A DNA stretch of 24,057 nucleotides, from the IMG/VR virus record IMGVR_UViG_3300017560_000033, positions 1-24,057 of that record, one strand, 5' to 3'. The notes under the pieces are model-generated. The model was not told the DNA's origin. It saw only the letters and a list, made by a program, of their open reading frames with translations, and ran no database searches. Of this stretch, positions 1-7,925 are shown in pieces. The stretch is from a virus. Its lineage: Duplodnaviria > Caudoviricetes. Position numbers and translations under genes: made by a program. How positions within the stretch are numbered: position 1 is the first letter of the stretch; the number at the start of each line of letters is the position of its first letter.

Positions 1-2
1 AC

Positions 3-149
3 AAATTCGGCGAGTTCTACTACTGCCCCGACGATAACCGGGTCTACTACCGGAACAACGAAGGTTACACCGAGCAGATCGTCGGGGACGAGCAGATCGA
101 AGCGGCAAAGCGCCGGCTCCCGGAATGCCGGGTCGCCCTCGCCTCCTAA
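3..149 (+). CDS. 3' end of a hypothetical protein (5'-truncated by window edge)
   Basis: Open frame from base 3 (KFGEFYYCPDDNRVYYRNNEGYTEQIVGDEQIEAAKRRLPECRVALAS) to TAA at 147-149, with GC3-rich codons. Not in ORF track. Confidence 0.6.
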   Translation, partial: KFGEFYYCPDDNRVYYRNNEGYTEQIVGDEQIEAAKRRLPECRVALAS

Positions 150-170
150 CCCCTCCAAGAGAGCAGCACC

Positions 171-350
171 ATGTACGAAGAAACAGTAGAGCGCATTGCC
201 CACATGATGGCAGAGGATAACGGAGATCCGCAGCACTGGGGCGTGTATGCCACGAGGGCGATGGAGATCGTTGGCTTGCTTGGTCTGAAGAAGTACCGGA
301 GCAGTGATTATATAAATAGTGATGGCACTCTTGCTGTTCGCAGCCGTTAA
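171..350 (+). CDS. small hypothetical protein, 59 aa
   Basis: ATG at 171 after AAGAGAG; MYEETVERIAHMMAEDNGDPQHWGVYATRAMEIVGLLGLKKYRSSDYINSDGTLAVRSR; TAA 348-350. Fills the gap between neighbours and is just below the ORF-track cutoff. Confidence 0.65.
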   Translation: MYEETVERIAHMMAEDNGDPQHWGVYATRAMEIVGLLGLKKYRSSDYINSDGTLAVRSR

Positions 351-391
351 CCTATCATCCTCAGACGAGCGCTAATCCAAGGATCCTTATC

Positions 392-727
392 ATGGCCAAA
401 GACAAACTGACTAAGCAGGAACTCGAAGACCTGAAAGCCCAGGGTTACGTCGAGGGCAACATCAACTCGTTCCCTGACAACGTAAGCCCTGTCCTTCGCG
501 CTCGTGCTATGGAGCAGTGGAAGGAAGAGAACGATATCCAGACTGTCGAAGAGCTGCCGACAGCTGTTGATCGCCAGAACGAACGTGAGCGCCAGCGCGC
601 TGCAATCGACGGCGACAAGGAAATGCAGAAGCTGACCGGCGTGAAGCCTGATCCTCTCGACCATGATGGCGACGGTCGCAAGGGTGGCACCAAGGCCAAG
701 CGCCAGAATGATGCTGCTAACGGATAA
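392..727 (+). CDS. hypothetical phage protein with DPLDHDGDGRKGG (DxDxDG-type) motif
   Basis: AAGGA RBS at 379-383, 111-aa charged ORF with phage-like codon usage. Confidence 0.8.
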   Translation: MAKDKLTKQELEDLKAQGYVEGNINSFPDNVSPVLRARAMEQWKEENDIQTVEELPTAVDRQNERERQRAAIDGDKEMQKLTGVKPDPLDHDGDGRKGGTKAKRQNDAANG

Positions 728-730
728 GAC

Positions 731-759
731 TTGACGGGCAACTTCTTCCGTCATAGTCT
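731..759 (+). promoter_or_regulatory. sigma70-like promoter overlapped by an inverted repeat
   Basis: TTGACG (731-736), 17-bp spacer, TAGTCT (754-759). TGACGG(732-737)/CCGTCA(748-753) form an inverted repeat. Confidence 0.55.
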
Positions 760-781
760 CAACTCATCCCTCTCGATCTAA

Positions 782-816
782 GCCCTCGCGGATAATCTCT
801 GCGGGGGTTTTCGTTT
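782..816 (+). terminator. Rho-independent terminator
   Basis: CCCTCGCGGA-taatc-TCTGCGGGGG hairpin (with G-U pairs) followed by TTTTCGTTT. Confidence 0.8.
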
Positions 817-842
817 ACTTGCGTTAGGAATTAAGGCATAGT
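814..842 (+). promoter_or_regulatory. possible promoter for the 879 gene
   Basis: TTTACT (814-819), 17 bp, CATAGT (837-842), directly after the terminator. Weak match. Confidence 0.3.
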
Positions 843-878
843 GATCGCGTCACAGTTTAAGGGCGCATGGGGACACTT

Positions 879-1385
879 ATGGCCATCAAAGGAATTCCAG
901 TCGTCATCTCTGATAGAGGCATTCCTGTTAAGCCGGTCGAGGGGCGTGCTCCTCTTATGACGGTTTCAGAGAATGGGTTTGGGCTTCCCGTATTCATCGC
1001 TGATGAAGGTGCGCCGTTTGTGGTTGAAGGTCTCCAGGACTTCGCGTGGGAGCCTATCGATCTTACGGCTGGCACAGATGGCGTGCAGTGGATCGGGTAT
1101 TCAAATGGCTCGGCAACGCTGCCGCAGCCAGCATTTGGATCGATCAGTGGAGAGCCATCTTCCGTTACCAACCTTCTGGCGCTCTATGATGACACGAACA
1201 GCAATGTGTATATTGCAGTGTTCTCTGGTGATTGGCTGGCATATCTGAGCGACCTTCCACTTTCTATCGGAGGAACGCCGTTCACTCCATTCGACGCCAA
1301 CGTTATCTCTGGCAACACGTGGATACGCTATGAGGGCGTCGGGGACTTAGTTGATGGAGCGCTGTATCAGATAGAATTCGGATAA
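879..1385 (+). CDS. hypothetical, possibly virion-associated accessory protein (alternative start 867)
   Basis: GGGGA upstream of ATG 879. N-terminus has repeated G[IL]PV-type beta motifs (GIPVVISDRGIPVKPV...GLPVFIADEGAPFVVEG), followed by a beta-rich acidic domain. Confidence 0.75.
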   Translation: MAIKGIPVVISDRGIPVKPVEGRAPLMTVSENGFGLPVFIADEGAPFVVEGLQDFAWEPIDLTAGTDGVQWIGYSNGSATLPQPAFGSISGEPSSVTNLLALYDDTNSNVYIAVFSGDWLAYLSDLPLSIGGTPFTPFDANVISGNTWIRYEGVGDLVDGALYQIEFG

Positions 1386-1563
1386 AGCACCTTGTCATTA
1401 GCTTCCACTGTGATAGTGTCGATCCACACGTTGTCTGTCCCTTTCATGTTTAGCTGAAGGCGCAAGTAGGCGGTCATAAAAATCATAGAGAGACTGTGTT
1501 GCCCTAGATGGACGACGCGGTGAATCGCATAATAGGTAACAGTCCCTCGATGCGCCAAAGAAT

Positions 1564-1600
1564 AAGAAGGCTCCGTTCCTACACGGGGCCTTTTCTTTTG
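1564..1600. terminator. Rho-independent terminator, probably bidirectional
   Basis: AAGAAGGCTCCG-ttcctaca-CGGGGCCTTTTCTTTTG: GC stem with a T-tract on the right and an A-rich tract on the left. Confidence 0.8.
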
Positions 1601-1606
1601 CCCTTC

Positions 1607-1635
1607 TTGATTGTTCTGCTTTAGGGTGGTAGTTT
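1607..1635 (+). promoter_or_regulatory. sigma70-like promoter (extended -10) upstream of the Ig-like/portal operon
   Basis: TTGATT (1607-1612), 17 bp, TAGTTT (1630-1635) preceded by TG at 1627-1628; about 30 nt before ATG 1667. Confidence 0.5.
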
Positions 1636-1666
1636 CGTTGCACCGTTGCGCAGCGAGAAAACAATC

Positions 1667-2191
1667 ATGGCATATTCACTAGCCCAGAAGCTCCAGAGCC
1701 TAGGCGTTGCAACCCAGCTCGGAGAAGAGCTAGAGGCCCAGATTACTGCGGGCGTAGGCAATTCGCGTCGTCTCCAGGAGTTGGGCATTACTCCCGAACT
1801 AGGAGACTATATCGAGTCCGGCATTCCAGCGGGTGGTAGTCCCATCAATGCGGTGAAGCTCACGCGGTACGGCATGGTGCCTGACGTTGCCAAGCTCCTG
1901 GTCAAGAGCGTCAATGCTCCAATGAACACGGTGGCTCCAGCCATTACTGGTACGGCGCAGGTTGGTGAAACCCTAACCCGAACGACTGGCACTTGGACGG
2001 GATCGCCTACGCCGACATACGTTACCGCATGGCTGGCTGATGATGTGGTCATCACTGGCGAAACCGGGGCTACATACGTTCCAGTTGAGGATGACGTAGG
2101 CAAGGCGATCAAGGTTCGCGTCACGGCAACCAACACAAGCGGATCGGCTGTACAGACTAGCGCCGCAACGGCTGCGGTGGTGGCTGCGTAA
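1667..2191 (+). CDS. Ig-like domain protein (putative virion decoration)
   Basis: C-terminal PMNTVAPAITGTAQVGETLT...TGTWTG...Y...W...ITGETGATYVPVEDDVGKAIKVRVTATNTSG is a typical phage/bacterial Ig-like module. The N-terminus has short helical repeats (LQSLGV/LQELGI/LTRYGM). ATG 1667 preferred over TTG 1646; TAATG coupling to portal. Confidence 0.8.
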   Translation: MAYSLAQKLQSLGVATQLGEELEAQITAGVGNSRRLQELGITPELGDYIESGIPAGGSPINAVKLTRYGMVPDVAKLLVKSVNAPMNTVAPAITGTAQVGETLTRTTGTWTGSPTPTYVTAWLADDVVITGETGATYVPVEDDVGKAIKVRVTATNTSGSAVQTSAATAAVVAA

Positions 2192-4569
2192 TGGACCCGG
2201 AAGAAATCCTTGAGGACGAAGATCTATTCGAGCCAAAGGATTCTGAACCATGGCTTGCCGCTATCAAACAGGCGGAAAAGCAGTTCGACCGCTGGCGCCA
2301 TCTCTCTGACCGTATCGACCGTATCTATTCCAGTCTAGACCGTTTCAACTCCCTGACAGGCGATAGCATCGTTCTGGATCGGGAGTTTGATATCTTCTGG
2401 GCATCGGTCGAGGTTATCAAGCCCAGCATCTATTCCCGAGCCCCTGTTCCTGTCGTTACGCCGCGCTTCAAGGATCGCTCCCCGGTTAAACGGGTGACTG
2501 CGGACCTGCTTGAGCGCTCTGCTATTTCCGCCTTTGAAATGACTGACATCGATCAGGTCATGCTGGGTGTGCGCGATGATCTGGTGATTGTTGGTCGCGG
2601 CCAGCTTTGGGTCACGTACGAGGATGAAGGTGATGAAAAGGTTTGCGTCGAGCACCTTGACCGCCTCGACTTCCTACACGACCCCGCTCGCAAGTGGACT
2701 GAGGTCTGCTGGGTAGCGCGGCGAGCTTGGCTGTCCCGTCCAGAGATGCGCGAACGGTTCTCGGATCGTAGCGGCGATCTGTACCTCGATGCCAATTACA
2801 GCTCCAAGCGAGACAAGGACAACACTGTCTATGGCGCGGACGATCAGATCGAAAAGGCTGGCGTCTGGGAGATCTGGGACAAGAACAAGAAGAAGGTCGT
2901 CTGGGTAACAGAAGGCTGCGACAAGACGCTTGACGAGGATGAGCCTCACCTTCGTCTGAAGGGATTCTTCCCCTGCCCTCGCCCTGCCTATGGCACATTG
3001 CAGCGCCGGACACTCATCCCGGTGCCTGTTATCGTTCGCATCCAAAGCCAGATGGAGTCCATCAACCTCCTGACGAGCCGGATTCATGATCTGGTAACGA
3101 AGCTGGTGGTCAAGGGTATCGTTCCTTCTGGTACGGATATTGGGGACGCAGTAGAAGCGGCCATGCGGGAAGAGGATGTCTCGCACATGCTCATTCCTGT
3201 GCCTGCTCTATCCATGTCTCAGGGTGGCGCGCTCGTTGAATGGCTTCCCATCGATCAGGTGGCGAACACCATCCTTGCGGCTGTACAGGCTCGACGTGAG
3301 CTTATCGGCAACGTTCAGGAGCTTCTTGGTATTGCCGACATCATGCGCGGCGATACAGATGCCCAGGAGACGCTTGGTGCTCAACAGCTCAAGGCCCAAT
3401 ACGGTTCGGTTCGTGTCCGGGATATGATTAACGAACTGGTGCGTGTGGCCCGAGATGCCGTGTGCATCATGTCCGAGATCATGGCAGAGGAATTCAGCCT
3501 CGATACCCTGCTCAAGATGGCCCAGATGGAATTGCCCACTGAGGCGATGATCAAGAAGCAGATCAAAGATATCGGCGAACAGGCCAAGCAGCAGCTTACC
3601 CAACTTGAGGAGCAGGCCGCACAGGCAATCGAAGGTCAGGCAGGACAAGAGCCCGATCCAGAGCAGATGCAGGCCGCTCAGCAGCAATTGCAGCAGGCCC
3701 AGCAACAGATCATCCAGCAATCGTCTCAGGCCATCCAGAAGCTCTCTCAGGCCGTTACGGAAGAACAGGTCCGGAAGCTTCTCAAGGACACGAAGACCGA
3801 TCCGTTCATGTTCGACATTGAGACGGATTCGACCATCTATCCAGATGAGCAGGCAGAGAAGCAGGCTCGTAACGAATTCATGACCGCATTCACCACGGCA
3901 GCGCAGGCCTTGGCTCCTCTGGTTCAGACCGGACCTGAAGGCGCAAAGATGGCGGGTGAGCTGATTAAGTTCCAGCTTGCTCCCTACCGCTCTGGCCGAC
4001 AGTTGGAAGGGATGATTGACGAGTGGGTAGACAGTCTTGCCAATGCGCCGCAGGGCGGCGGGAATGAAGCGGCTGAATCTCTTGCTGCAAGCCAGATGGC
4101 TCTTGCCGAGGCAGAAGCTGCGAAGGCGCGAGCCCAGATGGCAAAGGTCGAAGCGGATAGCCAGTTGAAACAGGCCGAGCTTCAGACCCGTATGCAGCAG
4201 ATGCAGATCGACACTCAGGAGAAGCAGGCCAAACTTCAGCTTGAGAACAGCAAGCTTCAGCTTCAGGCCAGCAAGCAGGAACAGGAGTTCGCTGCCATGA
4301 TGGCCGATATGGATGCCAAGCAGAACCTTATGCAGGCCCAGACGGCTGAAATCCTATCCAAGATTGGTTTGGACGCTCGCAAGCAGGATCTTGAGGAATA
4401 CCGGGCTGCTACCGATACGCAGTTCCGTGCCGAAGATCAGGCCCGCGCTGCTGAGACGACTGCCTTCGATCAGGAGCAGCGGATCGTTGATAGCCAGCGT
4501 CAGGAGCAGACCACAGACCGACAGATGACATTGGCAGAACAGCAGGCAATGGAGCGCGGCGATGCGTAG
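2191..4569 (+). CDS. portal protein (podovirus-type, long C-terminal coiled-coil barrel)
   Basis: 792 aa; motifs FLHDPARKW, VWEIWDK, GFFPCPRP, LGIADIMRG, ETLGAQQLKAQYGSVR, IETDSTI typical of this podoviral portal group; Q/A-rich coiled-coil C-terminus; lies upstream of scaffold and capsid genes. Confidence 0.88.
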   Translation: MDPEEILEDEDLFEPKDSEPWLAAIKQAEKQFDRWRHLSDRIDRIYSSLDRFNSLTGDSIVLDREFDIFWASVEVIKPSIYSRAPVPVVTPRFKDRSPVKRVTADLLERSAISAFEMTDIDQVMLGVRDDLVIVGRGQLWVTYEDEGDEKVCVEHLDRLDFLHDPARKWTEVCWVARRAWLSRPEMRERFSDRSGDLYLDANYSSKRDKDNTVYGADDQIEKAGVWEIWDKNKKKVVWVTEGCDKTLDEDEPHLRLKGFFPCPRPAYGTLQRRTLIPVPVIVRIQSQMESINLLTSRIHDLVTKLVVKGIVPSGTDIGDAVEAAMREEDVSHMLIPVPALSMSQGGALVEWLPIDQVANTILAAVQARRELIGNVQELLGIADIMRGDTDAQETLGAQQLKAQYGSVRVRDMINELVRVARDAVCIMSEIMAEEFSLDTLLKMAQMELPTEAMIKKQIKDIGEQAKQQLTQLEEQAAQAIEGQAGQEPDPEQMQAAQQQLQQAQQQIIQQSSQAIQKLSQAVTEEQVRKLLKDTKTDPFMFDIETDSTIYPDEQAEKQARNEFMTAFTTAAQALAPLVQTGPEGAKMAGELIKFQLAPYRSGRQLEGMIDEWVDSLANAPQGGGNEAAESLAASQMALAEAEAAKARAQMAKVEADSQLKQAELQTRMQQMQIDTQEKQAKLQLENSKLQLQASKQEQEFAAMMADMDAKQNLMQAQTAEILSKIGLDARKQDLEEYRAATDTQFRAEDQARAAETTAFDQEQRIVDSQRQEQTTDRQMTLAEQQAMERGDA

Positions 4570-4720
4570 GCTAGGGCTTCTCAGTCTATCGGTTGCTTAT
4601 CCTGGCACGCTTGGCCCGGAAACGATCCTGCCGCCTGCTGGATTTGTGTTCCTGATCGATAATGACGGTGTTTACCTAACAGATGAGGCGGGCGCGTATC
4701 TAATCGTCCCGGCAACGTAA
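4562..4720 (+). CDS. small putative virion/fibre-associated protein, 52 aa
   Basis: GGAG upstream; MRRLGLLSLSVAYPGTLGPETILPPAGFVFLIDNDGVYLTDEAGAYLIVPAT. Overlaps the portal stop and couples by TAATG to the fibre gene. Not in ORF track. Confidence 0.75.
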   Translation: MRRLGLLSLSVAYPGTLGPETILPPAGFVFLIDNDGVYLTDEAGAYLIVPAT

Positions 4721-6327
4721 TGGTTACAACTCGCACTCTCTCCAACTACCTCGCATCCCTTCCCCCTACGCCGGGAGAGGATGCAACGCTCGTTACGCAG
4801 GATCTTCAGGCCTACTCTACAGCCAACATTCTGACTGCAAGCGATGTAGCCACAGTGGCGATCAGCGGTGCTTATACCGACCTGTCTGGGCTTCCTACTC
4901 TTGGTACGGCTGCGGCACAGAACGCGGATGCTTTCGCTACTGCTGCTCAGGGGAATCTTGCTGATTCCGCTGTTCAACCCGCAGAGCTTGGAACGGCAGC
5001 TTACGAGGACGCGATTGATTTTGCCACGGCCTCGCAGGGGCAGAAGGCTGATACAGCGGTTCAGACGATTGGCGCCGGTACGCTAATCAATGTTGACAAC
5101 ACTGACCCTCAGAACCCCGTCATTAGCGTGGCTGGCGGTGGATCCGGTATCGACATTCAGGGCAGTCCTGGGATTGATGTCGACAACACGGATCCGACAG
5201 AGCCTATTATCTCGATTATCGATGCCTATTTCGGCGATCTAGCCTTCAAGGATAAGGCTGCGGTAACGGATATCGATGCTACCGGAACGCCATCAAGCTC
5301 GACCTTCCTTCGTGGAGATGGGTCATGGCAATCCATCGCAGGGGCAGGAACGGTTACATCTGTCGGTGTGAGTGTGCCAACAGGCTTCTCCGCATCTGGA
5401 TCTCCAGTTACATCTTCCGGCACTATCGCCATCACCTATGCCGCTGGCTATCAGGGCTATACGAGCGCGGAAGCTGCCTTGGTGTCTAGCGCCGTACAGC
5501 CTGGTGATCTGGGCGACCTTGCCCTTCTCGACACCATCAATAATGCCCAGTGGTCTGGAACCGATCTGGCTATTGCGAATGGCGGGACTGGGGCTTCCGA
5601 TGCCTCTGGGGCTCGGACGAACCTTGGCCTTGTTATTGGAGCAGACGTACAGGCGTATAGCTCGGTTCTGGCCTCTTGGGCAGGCGTAACCCGAGCGACT
5701 GGCTTTGATACATTCGCTGCCACCCCAAGCTCTGCCAACCTTCGCGCTCTACTGACGGATGAAGTGGGGACTGGATCTGCATATTTCGTCGGTGGCGCCC
5801 TTGGCACTCCAGCCTCCGCTACTCTGACCAACGGGACCGGGCTGCCAATTATTGCAGGCACAACCGGAACGCTCACCGTAGCACGGGGCGGAACAGGCGC
5901 AACAGATGCTTCTGGAGCCAGAACCAGCCTCGGTCTAGTTATCGGGACAAACGTTCAGGCGTATGACGCAAACACAGCCAAAATCAACGCAGCTCAGACA
6001 TGGACGGCGGCTCAGCGGTTTTCCCGCATTGCGCAGGAAGTCACAGCCGCTGCTGCGCTTGATCTGGATTGCGCTAACAGGAACGAATTCACCAAGACGA
6101 TTGCAGCGAACTCAACCTTCACGGTGTCGAATGTCCCGACCGGTGTCGCGTTTCATCTTCGCCTTATCCTCACCTACACGTCTGGGACAATAACATGGTG
6201 GTCCGGGGTAAAGTGGGTGGGCGGTACAGCCCCTGCGTTCACGGGCGGGAAGGTTTACGAGATCATCTTCTCGACCAATGACGGCGGCACGACATGGTAC
6301 GTCGCGTCCGGGGAGTACACACCTTGA
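4720..6327 (+). CDS. fibre protein (tail or head fibre shaft)
   Basis: 535 aa, G/A/T/S-rich; duplicated modules LGTAA..FATAxQGxxADxAVQ, IxVDNTDPxxPxIS and GGTGAxDASGARTxLGLVIGxxVQAY; TFLRGDGSW motif; C-terminal beta domain ending FSTNDGGTTWY. Confidence 0.85.
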   Translation: MVTTRTLSNYLASLPPTPGEDATLVTQDLQAYSTANILTASDVATVAISGAYTDLSGLPTLGTAAAQNADAFATAAQGNLADSAVQPAELGTAAYEDAIDFATASQGQKADTAVQTIGAGTLINVDNTDPQNPVISVAGGGSGIDIQGSPGIDVDNTDPTEPIISIIDAYFGDLAFKDKAAVTDIDATGTPSSSTFLRGDGSWQSIAGAGTVTSVGVSVPTGFSASGSPVTSSGTIAITYAAGYQGYTSAEAALVSSAVQPGDLGDLALLDTINNAQWSGTDLAIANGGTGASDASGARTNLGLVIGADVQAYSSVLASWAGVTRATGFDTFAATPSSANLRALLTDEVGTGSAYFVGGALGTPASATLTNGTGLPIIAGTTGTLTVARGGTGATDASGARTSLGLVIGTNVQAYDANTAKINAAQTWTAAQRFSRIAQEVTAAAALDLDCANRNEFTKTIAANSTFTVSNVPTGVAFHLRLILTYTSGTITWWSGVKWVGGTAPAFTGGKVYEIIFSTNDGGTTWYVASGEYTP

Positions 6328-7283
6328 GCCTGATTGAGATTAAGAAAAAGCTCCTGATGGCTCAGAAGAAAACAGGTGGTGGAGAAATCTGGACAGCAAT
6401 ATCTGCCCCTCAAGCAAACCCGTGGTACTCCGTAGCAACGGATGGAGCTGGCACTTGGGTTGGGGTTGCATACGATGGGACCGACCGGATTATGAGGTCA
6501 ACGAATAACGGTCTCACTTGGACAGCAATATCTGCCCCTCAAGCAAACCCGTGGTACTCCGTGGCAACGGATGGAAACGGTGTTTGGGTTAGTGTTGCAC
6601 TCTCTGGAACCAATCAAATTATGAGGTCAACGAATAACGGTCTCACTTGGACAGCTATTTCTGCCCCTGAAGCAAACCAGTGGGCTTCCGTAGCAACGGA
6701 TGGAAACGGTGTTTGGGTTGGGGTTGCACTCAACGGAACCAACCGGATCATGAGGTCAACAAATAACGGACTCACTTGGACATCTATTTCTGCCCCTCAA
6801 GCAAACCAGTGGCGCTCCGTAGCAACGGATGGAGCTGGCACTTGGGTTGGGGTTGCAACTGATGGAACCAACCGGATCATGAGGTCAACAAATGATGGCC
6901 TCTCTTGGACAGCAATAACTGCTCCTGAAGCAAACCAGTGGTTCTCCGTAGCAACGGATGGAGCTGGAACTTGGGTAGGTGTTGCAAACAGCGGAACCAA
7001 TCGGATTATGAGGTCAACGAATAACGGCCTCTCTTGGACAGCAATATCTGCCCCTCAAGCAAACCCGTGGTACTCCGTAGCATCAGATGGAAACGGTGTT
7101 TGGGTTGGTGTTGCATACGATGGAACCAATCAAATTATGAGGTCAACAAATAACGGTCTCACCTGGACAGCAATATCTGCCCCTGAAGCAAACCCGTGGC
7201 GCTCCGTAGCATCAGATGGAGCTGGCACTTGGGTAGGTGTTGCAGTCGATGGAACCAACCGGATCATGAGGTCAGACAGTTAA
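6324..7283 (+). CDS. 7-bladed BNR/Asp-box beta-propeller, putative receptor-binding protein
   Basis: Likely TTG start at 6324 (GGGGAG RBS at 6310-6315, TTGA overlap with the fibre stop). Seven 43-aa repeats, six ending in an Asp-box S-T-N-[ND]-G-L-[TS]-W. Confidence 0.85.
   Translation: MSLIEIKKKLLMAQKKTGGGEIWTAISAPQANPWYSVATDGAGTWVGVAYDGTDRIMRSTNNGLTWTAISAPQANPWYSVATDGNGVWVSVALSGTNQIMRSTNNGLTWTAISAPEANQWASVATDGNGVWVGVALNGTNRIMRSTNNGLTWTSISAPQANQWRSVATDGAGTWVGVATDGTNRIMRSTNDGLSWTAITAPEANQWFSVATDGAGTWVGVANSGTNRIMRSTNNGLSWTAISAPQANPWYSVASDGNGVWVGVAYDGTNQIMRSTNNGLTWTAISAPEANPWRSVASDGAGTWVGVAVDGTNRIMRSDS
6390..7280 (+). repeat. tandem array of seven 129-bp coding repeats (last one truncated)
   Basis: Units start with TGGACA at 6390, 6519, 6648, 6777, 6906, 7035 and 7164, and are highly similar at the DNA level. 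Confidence 0.97.
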
Positions 7284-7925
7284 ATGTCCTACGCAAAAGT
7301 AGAAAATAACAAAGTCACAAAACATCCGTATTCATTCAAGCAGATGAAGGTTGATAACCCAAATACATCGTTCAATGACGACCAGAACGATGTTCAATCC
7401 GCTGAGTTCAAGCGCTTTCCTGTCATTGACACGCCCCCAACTTTCGATCCTTCAAGTCAGTATATTGAACAAAATCCCATAAACGAATGGACTTTCGACG
7501 GGACAAAGGTAGCAACAACCTACGACGTCAAACAACGAACGATTGCCGAGCGCAAGCAAATTCTTATCGATCTACTCAAGCAAAAGCGTTGGGAAGTCGA
7601 AACGGGCGGCGTAACTGCCTCGATCAATGGCGAGCAGGTTCTTGTGTCAACAGCTCGCGGCGATGACCGAACGGCTCTCCATGTTGAGTTCACCCGGCTC
7701 CTGGCTGGCCTTCGACCGGATGGCGCTACATTCAACTTCGCGGACACTCTACCCCGTAGCGTGACGAATGAAGAGATGACTAGCGCTATTAATGCGGCCC
7801 TCATTCACGTTCAGGCGTCATTCGATACTGAGGATCACATTACGTCGCTCATCAACGCTGCTGCGACCCACGACGACCTAGACGCCGCAGACGATCTAAT
7901 TCAAGAAGAGTGGACAATTGGTTAA
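7284..7925 (+). CDS. fibre assembly/chaperone-like protein (DUF4376-like C-terminal domain)
   Basis: N-terminal YAKVEN..V..HPYS...DNPNTSF and C-terminal KRWEVETGGVT..ING..VST..DDR pattern, as seen in genes following fibre genes; starts immediately after the propeller stop. Confidence 0.65.
   Translation: MSYAKVENNKVTKHPYSFKQMKVDNPNTSFNDDQNDVQSAEFKRFPVIDTPPTFDPSSQYIEQNPINEWTFDGTKVATTYDVKQRTIAERKQILIDLLKQKRWEVETGGVTASINGEQVLVSTARGDDRTALHVEFTRLLAGLRPDGATFNFADTLPRSVTNEEMTSAINAALIHVQASFDTEDHITSLINAAATHDDLDAADDLIQEEWTIG

Noticed and set aside
6294-6323. ORF-track starts at 6294, 1646, 16222, 22289 and 22974
   Set aside because: Downstream starts (6324, 1667, 16270, 22313, 22995) have better RBS placement or stop-start coupling and avoid long overlaps.
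6390-7280. Repeat array as CRISPR or as a complete DGR
   Set aside because: Units are contiguous in-frame 129-bp coding repeats with no unique spacers; no cas, reverse transcriptase or separate template repeat is in the window.
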